Shown here: positions 40,317 to 51,173 of the stretch, in pieces
Layout: the number at the start of each line of letters is the position of its first letter
Numbering within the stretch: position 1 is the first letter of the stretch
Assembly: GCA_051294375.1 (NCBI GenBank)
Contig: CM119271.1
Coordinates: 10,006,291-10,070,290 of the forward strand
DNA: 64,000 nucleotides
Reading direction: 5' to 3'
Source of the DNA: Paraspadella gotoi
Lineage: Eukaryota; Animalia; Chaetognatha
Notes under the pieces: model-generated
The model's input: only the letters and a program-made list of their open reading frames with translations
Told to the model about the DNA's origin: nothing
Database searches by the model: none
Position numbers and translations under genes: made by a program

Positions 40317-40696
40317 AAAGAAAATTTGAGAAAAGAAAATTAATTTATTATATATATAATTTATTGAGAAAGAAAAATTATATTTTGCGATTGTCAATTT
40401 AAAAAAATAATAAAGTACCGAGGAAAAGTTATAGTTTCTGAAAAAAAAATTTAAAAAAATAAAGTTTTTTTTTTCATTGTCAAATAAACTGATCAGCAGA
40501 CGCAGCCCTTGAGAAAAAAAATTTGAGAAAAGAAAATGAATTTATAAACAGAAAGAAAAATTATATTTTACGATTGTCATTTAAAAAAAATAAAGTACTG
40601 AAAAAAATTAAAGTTACAATTTCTGAAAAAAAAAAGAAAAACTTTTTCATTGTCAAAAAATAAACTGATCAGCAGACGCAGTCCCTGAGAAAAAAA
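40317..40696. repeat. Two diverged ~190-bp direct repeats (A-rich, ending taaactgatcagcagacgcag)
   Basis: Shared blocks aaatttgagaaaagaaaa, agaaaaattatatttt, taaagtac, tttttcattgtcaaa, taaactgatcagcagacgcag. Confidence 0.85.
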
Positions 40697-40804
40697 CGAA
40701 ATAAAAACACGATGTTACGATAACAAAATGATAACATGCAAAAATGCGATGCCTAATTTTACGAGTTCAATCCTAATTCAATTTTTTTTTCATTAATAAA
40801 ATGC

Positions 40805-40837
<33 letters not shown>

Positions 40838-41040
40838 GAGAAGGAAAGAATTAAAAGGCAGCAGCAGAAGCAGCAAGAGAAAAAGAGAGATCCTCTGCAG
40901 AGCCAGCTGCAGAATCGGCAGCAGCAGAAGCAGCAGGAAAAAAAGAGAGAAAAAAAAGAGCCCCTGCAGAGCCAGCTGCAGATTCGTTTTTTCCCCGATG
41001 AATCAGCACTGGGGAAAAGAGAGAGAGAGAGAGAGAAAGA
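40805..41040. repeat. GA-rich tracts flanking a 2x ~60-bp repeat
   Basis: ggcagcagcagaagcagca...ctgcagagccagctgcaga occurs twice (40857-40985). Confidence 0.85.
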
Positions 41041-41349
41041 GAAAGCTACATATATTTAAAAGAGAAAAGAGAAGGAAATATAAAAATAAAAGAGGAAATT
41101 TGTTTGTTGATATAAAACGTAAACAAACATATTTAATAACTGTCCTGACCCAATTTTAAGCACATCGATGATGAGAAGCTGTATATAAATTTTCAGCTTC
41201 ATACACCCAAATTTAATCATTAAAAAGGCATCTATAATTTGGAAACGCCGACGACGACGACGCCACTTATGCGCAAAAGCTAAGCGATTGCGACGATAAA
41301 AATTATTAAAAACGCTTCGCTTTGGCGATGATTTCGACAAACCGGTATA

Positions 41350-41606
41350 CTGTGGCGGTTTATTCACACCGCCTCACGTCCATCATCGTTCAGCCAATCC
41401 ATTGGCTCAGAGGGGGAACGCACCATCCCAGGCGTTGCGTTCCATCAACAGTCCTAACGAGTAACGACTTCCCTCTGTGTAAGCAAAGCGAGACCGTCCT
41501 AGGGTAACCGCGCCAGTGACAGGGAGCGTCACTGAGGGTCGGAAGCCCCAAAGCCAACAGTGAGATGCCCCATCCCAATGGGCATCACAGGCAACCCGGC
41601 TGTTGC
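41350..41606. ncRNA. Candidate structured non-coding RNA, family unidentified
   Basis: GC-rich island in an AT-rich gap with six or more hairpins and no credible coding frame. Confidence 0.4.
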
Positions 41607-42000
41607 ATTAATACCACTTTAGAAAGCTTATAAAAAATGTTTGCAACCATTCCCGCAATTATTTGTTTGCTCGTTTTCTTTTAAAAAAATAAAAAACTTT
41701 AAAAAGCTTAAGAAAATGCTAACCATTTACGGGGTAAGACGTAATTTAGTTGCCTAATTTTTCGTTTCAGCCCGTTTTTCTTTTCGGGGAAAGTATCAGA
41801 ACGTAAATATTTAAACTGAAAAGTAACAAATAATCGTGTGAAAAAAAAACCGAAAAACAGATCAACGGAAAAGAACAAAACGAAAAAGTCGACTTTTAAA
41901 TAACAGTCTCGGTCACTCTCGATCTCTCACTCCAGTCACAAATATTAACCGTCTTAGTTAACGAATCCAATCACAAGTTCACAGTTTGTTTGATCGCGCC

Positions 42001-43077
42001 TCAGGGATGCAATCGCAAAGCGCCGTCTATTCGGATGACTTGGCCGTCAATGGCGGGGCTCTCGATGATCGTCTGGACTAAGTGGGCGAATTCGTCGGGT
42101 CGTCCCAACCTGTAGAGCGAGTTGGATCAATAAGGAATTAAGGGATCGTTAAAAGAACATATAATTGACAAACCTAGGATCGTTAAAAGAACATATAATT
42201 GACAAACCTAGGATCGTTAAAATAACATAATTGACAAACCTAGGATAGTTAAAACTTAAAAAGAACATAATTGACAAACCTAGGAGGATTGGGGACCGTC
42301 GACTCCAAAAACGTCTTGACCTTTTGCGGCAAATTACCCAGGATGGGCGTGTCGAAATATCCGGGAGCGACGGTGTTGATTCGGATGCCGAAATTCGAGA
42401 GGTCGGCGGCGGCGGGAAGCGTGAGACCGTTGACGCCGCCGGTCGAGGCGGCAAAGGCGGCTTGCCCGCGTTGACCCTCGAAGGCGGAGACGGAAGAGGT
42501 GTTGACGATAACGCCGCGTTCTCCGTTGACGTCCGGGGCGTTGTCTTTCATAGAGTCGGCACAGAGACGAATCACGTTGAACGTGCCGATGAGATTTGTG
42601 TTCACCAGTTTCTGAATAATTGAATAAATAAACGAACGAATGAAATAATGAATAAATTTTCAAATCAGCATCGTGCGATAATCTAGGATATTTACGAAAT
42701 TAAACATTTACTTGAAACAACTCCAAGTTATGATATCGAGCCTCCGGATGATCCTTCTTCGGATTAAACGTCAAAATGGAGACGCCGATTCCTGCGCAGT
42801 TGACGTTGACGTTGGGAGGTCCGAAGAGGCGCCTCGTCTCGGTCAAGGCTTTGCGGACGTCGTCTTCGGACATGACGTCGGCGATGAGGAAGGCTGCGTT
42901 ATCGGCGCCCAACCGATTGGCAATCTCTCGTCCTTTCTCCTCTTGCTTCGCCAAATCGCAGAAGACGACTTTGGCGCCCTGAGCAGCGAAGCGCTCGACC
43001 GTTCCGGCGCCGAGTCCGGAGGCGCCGCCAGTTACGAAAGCGATGCGACCAGCGAGTCGGCCAACGGCGGACGACAT
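42001..43077 (-). CDS. HSD17B10: 3-hydroxyacyl-CoA dehydrogenase type 2 (scully/MRPP2), 3 exons
   Basis: [63 protein letters not shown]. Confidence 0.93.
42143..42285. repeat. Four ~34-bp tandem repeats each containing the 5' splice donor of HSD17B10 intron 2
   Basis: ttgacaaacctagga at 42165, 42199, 42231 and 42271. Confidence 0.92.
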
Positions 43078-43350
43078 CGCGAAAAAAGTTTGTTTTTTAA
43101 AAACTTGCGCGACTAAAAAGAGATTATGGGCGGGAATTGTAAAAAGATGAGTTACAATGTGAGTAACATTCTGATCTCCATTCTCCACTACTGTAAATAT
43201 AATATAATTTTTCAGGTAGACTAATAGTAATACTTTGACTGGCAAATATAAGGCAAATTCGGTGATAATCCTAACACCCACGGATTGTGAAATATCAGAG
43301 ATTAAAAAAAAAGCATCTCGAGAAAAACCTCGAGAAAGAGAGATTCACAG

Positions 43351-44337
43351 CTAGTGTGTTGCCGGCATTAGGGGTGTGGACGTGCGATTCTTGCCGAATC
43401 TGGCTTCCAAATGCCCGTCGGGATTCTCCATCAAAAGTTTCTCGTCCTTGAGAAATTGACAAGAGTCGCGAATGACGTCTTCTTCTCTCCCCGTGGCTAC
43501 GACGAGCTGTTCCAGCGTCGCGCCGTCCGCGACTGTCGCGTGCGCCAATATGAGGGCGTTGAGAGCGTACGCCTCCCGCGCGGGGGAGGGAGAGGGTGTC
43601 GGAGAGAAGGTGGCCAGGTCATCGACGACCTCCTTTCCGGAAAATTGAGTGGTCAGGGAGACAATGTCCTCGAGCGTTCCGTCGGGCGACGCCAAGTGGT
43701 TTCTCTCCTCGATGAGCACGCTTCGCTCCATATCCTCTCGACTTCCGGCTTCGTAGTCGATAATAATCGATTTGCGTTTGGCGACGAAGCGTTCGTACTT
43801 GATGCCAACCATGTCGAAGAGCCTCCGAGCGGCGGCCATTTCCGGCTTGGCGTGATGCTTGTCGCTCAGGTAGACGACGCGCGCGATGCCGGCCTGAATG
43901 GCCAGCTTGGCGCACTCGTTACAGGGGAAGAGTGTGACGTACATTACGCAACCGCGGACGTCGCTAGAGTTCTTGTTGACGATGGCGTTGAGTTCGGCGT
44001 GGCAGACGTAAGGGTATTTGGTTTCCAATCGGTCGTCGCCCGTCTTGGACCAGGGCAGTTCGTCGTCGGAGCAGCCGATGGGGAAACCGTTGTAGCCGAC
44101 GCCGACGATCTTGAGTTGATCGTTAACGATGCAGGCGCCGACCTGAAGAGCCAAAGATAATGGATTCCGATCGGTTTTAGTTTCTCCGATAATGGATGTT
44201 CATTTTTCAATTATCGAACAAACCTGAGTGGAGGGATCTTTACTTCGCTGGGCGGCCAGAAAGGCGACGCCCATAAAATATTCGTCCCATTCCAAATACC
44301 CTTGGCGCTTTGTTGAAATAAGTCCCGAGGAATTCAT
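43351..44337 (-). CDS. DCTD: dCMP deaminase with long C-terminal extension (2 exons)
   Basis: [42 protein letters not shown]. Confidence 0.96.
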
Positions 44338-44473
44338 TTTAACGAGGGAATAAAGACTAAGGACTAAGCGGAAGAAAAAAAAAATAACAAAAAAGCATCG
44401 AATCAAATCTTTAAATACAAAAGAGGCGCGAAACAACGAATCTAAAGCAAATAAATGTCGGTTCCCCATTTCG

Positions 44474-45317
44474 TCAAACGCGCCGGACTTTTCTCGGACG
44501 CGGACCTGGACTGTCGCCGGGATCGATCCCGTAAACTCGAGACTCGTCACTGATGGAGACGACGTTAAGTCCGCCCATGACGAGACCCTGCACGCCGGAA
44601 AGACGCCCCGCTCCGCGGCCCCTGACGATGACGCGAACGTGTTTGATTTTAACTTGTCGCACGAGCCGTTTGGCGAAGCTCATGGCCGCCGTCTGCGCCG
44701 CGATGTTGGTCCCTCGCTTTTTACGGAGGAAGCCCTCGACCCCGGCCGACGTGTACATCTTGGTGCGGAATCGAGAATCTGGGGAGTTTCCGATTCGAGA
44801 TCGAAGTCGAATTGAAACTATGTCAACGAGCTAAAAATAGAATCGACTATATCTTCTCACCCATCATGGCGATCTTCGTGTTGTTCTTCGACGCGTTGAG
44901 GAACATGATGGGAAGATCGACATACTTAATTCCGTCGTACTCCTTCTCATAGTCTTCCGGCCTGGGCATGAAATCGAGCGGCCGGACGCGGCGACGGTCA
45001 CCCGGCTCTCGATCCTCGACCGCCTTCTCTTCCAACGCACGAACCTCTTCCGCGTGAGTGAGGGAGAGTTCGCCGGAGGTTCCGTCGTCGACGGATCGGA
45101 TAGTCTGAGCGAGGGCGGCCTTTCGCTCGAAGGATTCTCGAGAGAGGAAGGGGGAGAGGGAGATGGTTCGAACGAGGGGAGATGGCGGGAGGGAGGAAAG
45201 CGAAGGTCGAAGCAAGTCGGGGGATCGTGGCAGGATAGAGGGAAGAGCGAGAGAGAGAGAGTCGAGCGAGAAGGTCGTTCGCCTTAATCCGGCGAGCAAG
45301 AGTTTGGAGGTTGTCAT
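44474..45317 (-). CDS. MRPS11: Mitochondrial ribosomal protein S11 (2 exons)
   Basis: [47 protein letters not shown]. Confidence 0.92.
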
Positions 45318-46213
45318 TTCTCGACGTTTCTCTTAAATCTGTTAATGACAAATATAACCGATGGTGTAATCGCTTGAAGGAAGAATCGTTCGGCATTTGA
45401 GCATTAGGCGGAAACCCTTGACCAGCATTTGATATTCAAAACCCAAAAGCGTTGAGATCTCGAATCTTTATAAGAACTTCAATTAATATAAATATTGAAT
45501 TTAACTCGGTAATACAACTACATCGCGATATAATTATATTGGTTGTACCAATTTCAAAAGCTGCTTGAGCCGGGGAAAGCTGACTTTAAACCTTTTTGAA
45601 TTCTTGAGAGGGAGGCAACAAATTTTCAACACTTATTCATTTTTTACATATTAGAGTATTGCTTGTTCAAACTTTCAAACTAGTTCGATGCCTCTAATAA
45701 ATAAAATACCATGAAACCCATGTAAAAATAAAAAAAAAGAATCGGCAGTGGTAAGCGGCGGAGTCGCGGACCGATGCTCATCGATCCAATCTCACGAACA
45801 TCGCGATCGAAACAAAAAAGCCCAAATTTGTCGAGAGTTCAGCACGACTTATTTTTCGTCCGGAAAACGTTGACAAAAATTTGTAACAATTTAAATCTCC
45901 TCTAACAAGATTTGATACTAATCGCAATAATCAGAAAACGAGAGAAATAAATAATGGAATGGAGTAACCGTCTCTGTTAGATCGAAGAATACCAAACAAA
46001 GCCTACCCACCAGTAAACCCTTTCGCCCAAATTTTAAAAATCTTTTCATTGACATGTATATATATTATATACAGTATACAAACGGTTAATATGATTATAT
46101 TTTCAGCGCACAATATAATTATAGCGAGGTGCGGACGCAGTCTGTCAACACAGGGTCCCTCTTGATTAAAATAGTTGCAGGCTGCGGTGCAGAGACTCTA
46201 TCGGCCCAAGCTT

Positions 46214-49200
46214 TTAAAAGAGCGGCATTTCGTCGTCGTCGTCGTCGTTGTCTTCGATGGAGGAAAGGCAGGAGGACGAGTCGCTCGAAGGAGGGCGGCG
46301 GGGGAAGAGGAGCGGGGGTTGGTCGGCGTCGCGGGGTCGGGATGCAGCTGAGAAAATAAAGATATGTATTATGTAGGCTATTGAATATTAAATACTTCGT
46401 AAAATGAAAGTTATTATTGAGCGAATCCCTCTCACCCTCGATGGTATTCCCGTTTTCCGACGAGGTAACGCTGTTGGAGTCCGCGGTCGTCACCGAAGAC
46501 GCGTCAACCGAAATCTGCATCGACTCCTCTGTCTCCGCCGGCGTCGACGTCACGATCGTCGGCGGTCGACGGCTCGATCGTCGCGGCGGCAGAGGCGGCT
46601 CCGCTGCGGCGGGGAGAGGTGGCGGAGGTCGGCGGGCGGGGCGGAGAGCCGCCGCGACCGAAGTGGCGGATGCGGCGCGTCGTTGAGGGGAAAAGCTTGG
46701 AACTGGTAGGGAATCGTCGGAGACGTCGTCGATGAGGGGAAGGTCGTCGGCTACGCAGCCATCTTGAAATCGTTAAAAGACGCAAAGAAATAGTAAAAAC
46801 TTAAGAAGAATTGGACCAAAGAATCGGCCGCACTCCTCAACCCCACCTTCGTGATCCTCGAGCAACCTCGCATCGCTCCCGTCCTCGGCGACCGACGAGG
46901 AAATCTCGAGCCTTTCCGAATTCTCGGACGAGTCGCGCTCGGGCTTCGGAGTTTCCGCCTCCGAATTGTCGACGACGCCGCTGGAGTTCAAAAGCGTCGA
47001 CGAGAAATTAGAGGAGGACGTAGGTTGAAACGACGACGACGACGACTCCGCTGGAGGAGAATGAGAGTCTTCGAACCGACTCGAAGAGTTTGTGTTGAAA
47101 AGCGCGAGCGGCGTTCCTCCCTCGAGAGAGTCCAAGTATGCGGGATTTGTTGCGCCCCCAGCTGGAGGGAAAAGCGATGACTTTACATTTCATATAGTGA
47201 TATACATATGTACAAATAAAATAGCAATACTAAATTAGAATCTTCAGACTTTATACTTTCTAGTTAGTTTCTCTCACCGTTGATGACGGCGGCCTCCGAG
47301 CTGCTCCGACCGGCGGGCTGTTCGGAAGAGCGACTTCTCCGGCCTCGTCCGCCCGCAGAGAGGGTCGTCGTGGCGAGAGGGAGCATAAATTGACCGGGGG
47401 AAAGGCCGAGTCCGTCGCGGGAGCTGTTGCCTCGAACGGGGATCTGAGTTCCAAGGAAGACATTTACGATTTAAAGTCGGTTAAACGAGTTGTATTACAA
47501 AATGATTAAAAAGTAAAACAAACGCAATCTTTGGGTCTCCACCTGTTGTATGGAGGCAGATCGGGAGGGGCGATCGGAGGGGGGCCACGTCGGCGGGACC
47601 AGAGGCCGCGATGGTACCGGAGCAGCCGACCACTGACTTCGGGACGAACCTGAACGACTACCGCTCCGTCGCCCCCGTAGACCTGGGAGAATTCGAAACG
47701 CGAGTTAAAATTAAGAAAATACCATCGATAAACAAACATTATTAACAAACATAAAGCAGGAATATTTACTTTCGGCGTGTCTCCTCTCCCTGTCTCTCCT
47801 GCGATGGGAGCTGGAACTGCTCGAGCCACGCCCATTGCAGGAAGTCGACGACGAGGACGAAGCCGCATTGGCGGCGCTGCCAGACGTGCCGCCGCCCCCG
47901 CCATTTCGCCGAAGCGACAGCATCAACCGAATTTGGTCAAGAAAAACGGAATGCGCTTCTTCGTATCTGATGTCGATAAACGAATGTATGAAATCATATA
48001 TAAGATTTAAATATTATTTATTTAGATAATCTTACGGGTCTGTTATTCCCATGGCAGCGTTGTAGGAAGGTGGGGCTTCTCGAGCTCGGAATATCTCCGC
48101 CTCGAGGCGAGAAAGAGGCGACGATGCGTTGGCGACCATTCGGCGATAAGAATTCCCGTTTCTAGAGAGAATAAAGCCAAGTCTTAAATAGGAAGAAGGC
48201 GAAATACTAGAGGTATTAAAATACTGACCGGTTTCCCCGACCAGAACGATGGAATCGGTCGCTTCCCACGTCGGCCATTCGAAGGGCGTAAAGTTTGCAA
48301 GTGCAGCCCAAAGCTTAAGCAAAGAAATAAAATTTTGGATCAATTCGGGACACATAACCGACCCGGTTGAGACGTGTTCCTTACCAATGACGAGCAGCAG
48401 GCCGCAGATCAGGGATCCAATGACGGCGGCCGTAACGACGCGAATGGAGAGGGCAGGCGTGCAATCCTCCTCATCCGAATTGTCGGTGCAATCGTTCGTG
48501 TTGTCGCACTTCCACGACTCATAGATACACCTACGTTACAATCCAAACCAAGTTAAATACAAAAAATACAGACAAAAGACAACTAGTAGAAGCTTACTTC
48601 TTGTTTTTACACAAAAAGGTTCCGTGTTGCGCGTTGCACTTGAGCGCAGTGCAGCTATTCTCGTCGCTGTTATCGAAACAATGACCGATGCCGTTGCAGA
48701 GGTCTCTCTCGGGGAAGCAGCCTTTGACAGAGGCGCAGGGTATCATTGTCGAGGAGCAGTTGTGCCTTTGAAGGTAAACGAAAATATTAGTTTTATTTCT
48801 AGTACTCCTAACGGTTTCTATTAAACTGACTTGTTATATCCGCGGCAGCCCTTTTCGTCATTCCCGTTGGAGCAATGAATGACGCCGTCGCACCTTTCGG
48901 TTAGCGGGTCGTAGCAGGTGTTGGTTTCGTCGTCGCAAGACACGAGATCAGCGCGACAGATGCCGTCCATCTGGATTGAAGAAAGATACGAAAGAATTTA
49001 AAATCGCTAACCAAAAAAAAAACAACAATAACATTCAACTTGCCTGAAAAGTGAGATTAAATCCGACCGAGACTCCGTGCGAATCGGACACAAATTTAAT
49101 GACGGCCGTATTGGACAAAGTCTTTAAGTAGCCGTGGGGCGTGGAGGTTCCCGTGAATTTACCTGAGACGTTCCATGGTAAAAAGTAAGTTTTTGTGTTT

Positions 49201-50951
49201 CCGTTTTTTTTTTTTCGTTTTAACTTTTCAACGAACCTATCTTCTTAAAGTCGGTGATGTCTCCGCCCTTGGAGCGCTTCTCTCCGGTGTATACCTCGAC
49301 GTAATCCTTGGAGTTGACGTCTTGATCCAATTCGAAGGCGAGAAAGTTGAGTTGGATCACGTGACCCGGATTCACGGTCAAGTACCATGAACACGAAGCG
49401 TCGTTGGGATAGTCGTTCTGAAAAATTTGGAAAGAGTGTTAAAGCGGTTGGAAAGATCGATTGATGACCGAGTGCAAACAGGGCTTTAAAAATAACAAAA
49501 TAAAATAACGGCCTCCACAATATTTTACGTAAATGCTCATTATTACAAATAATTTGTTCGGGATCTGAGCATGCAACGCACTAAGAAATAACTCACATGA
49601 GGATATCCAGGAGTAGCGATCCAACCGGACTGAGCCTGGATCTTTCCACCGCACGTGTCCGAGTGGAATTGGAATGGATCTAAGTTCGTTTTGTAATAAA
49701 TTTAATGAGGAAACGCTTATGTTACGGAGAAAACCTCACCCTTACCTCTGGTGAAGGCGCAGTTCTTTTCATCCCATCCGTTGAGACAGTCCTTGAACCC
49801 GTTGCACTTCATCGAATCGCTAAAACATTCCACAGTTCGCGTCAGATCGGAGATGCAGCTGAGGAGAAAGAACGTTGGCATTTAGAGTTTCCTTCGATAA
49901 TATTTTATTAAAATTTAATAAATTTATAATCGAAGGTGTAGAGTCGAATCGCGGTAACGAACCCAAATTTTCCTTTGCTGCAAATCCGAGGTTTCAGAGG
50001 AAAGGTCTCGTTTCTGCAAAACTTTTCGTCGCTGGCGTCGCCGCACTCGTCGACGCCGTTGCAGCGCCACTTGTTCAGGACGCACTTTTTGTTTAGGCAT
50101 CGAAACTCATCGGGACGGCAAGACTTTGCCGGCACTTTGCCTAAGAGAATAATATTTTAATTATATGTTATAACTTGAAATTGATTTTCGAAAACTAATC
50201 ATTAACCCACCCGCTATAAAGTCAAAGGAGAATCCTCTGCCGTGGACGGAGGAGTCCGAGTGAAACTTGACCCAGACGGAGGACTTAAAAGATATAAAGG
50301 GTTTAAGTGGGAGCCGTTTGCCACAGACCCTGAAGGGCTTTCGATTGGGCGCCGTGGGGCCGATTTCCACGTAATCCGAGAGGCAACTCGTGGAATCTAA
50401 GTAAGAAAGAGTAAATTTATCCTTGGAACGATTTCTATGAAATTGGTACAACCAATATAAAAATTATCCATTCATTTAATAAACAAGCTATCATGCCCCT
50501 TACTTTGGACAGGCTTTGGTGGTTTAAGGCCTCCATCGCTCTTACTAGATAAGTAAAACATGATTTAGCGACGAACCTTTCCGAACGGGACCGATGTCCA
50601 CGGCGCTAAAGCTGATGGTAATGGTGGAGCCCTTCGAGCCCTTGATGTACCACTCGCAGTCCACACGCTTCGGATAATAATCGGGATAATTCGGAGAAGT
50701 GACCCTCCCGCGCTTGGCGGTTAACCTTTGACCTGGAATCGTCAAAGAGTTCGAAAAATAAACTAATAAACGAGACTAATAAGTTAAAGTAATGCAAATT
50801 GAGAAGCACCTTTGCAAGATTTAGGTTTTACGGAACGATGACGCCATTCGATAAGATGGATGGCCGTCGAAGGGTTGGGCGATGGTGTCGAGGCCACAGC
50901 GCAACCGGCGACCACGAAGACGACTAAGAGACGAGTCACTATCGACGACAT
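46214..50951 (-). CDS. LRP3/10/12-family receptor (CUB + LDLa repeats, TM, PPSY motif, acidic C-terminal sorting motif)
   Basis: CUB SPNYPDYYPKRVDCEWYI, LDLa CNGVDECGDASDE, TM AAVIGSLICGLLLVI, REAPPSYNAAM, ends DDDDEMPLF*. Confidence 0.88.
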
Positions 50952-51173
50952 GTTAGAGTATCAGGTGGTTTTCCACTGTTCGATGTGTCACCGCATTTCA
51001 AGTTTAAGCCGATACCATGGGTCCGATATCGACTTCATGGTGTTCGAAGTTGGGGATCGGGTTTTGAGTAATATATTCAAGATTATCAAAGTTTCTCAAC
51101 AAACTCAAAAAAGAGAACTAGTTTGCTGGAAAAGAAGCGAAAAAAAAAATCAAAACTTAACTCTCATCTCAAC

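Noticed and set aside
41350-41606. SRP RNA or RNase P/MRP call
   Set aside because: Minus strand starts GCCGGG and length is similar to SRP RNA, but helix 8 and the RNase P/MRP CR-I/CR-V pairing were not found.
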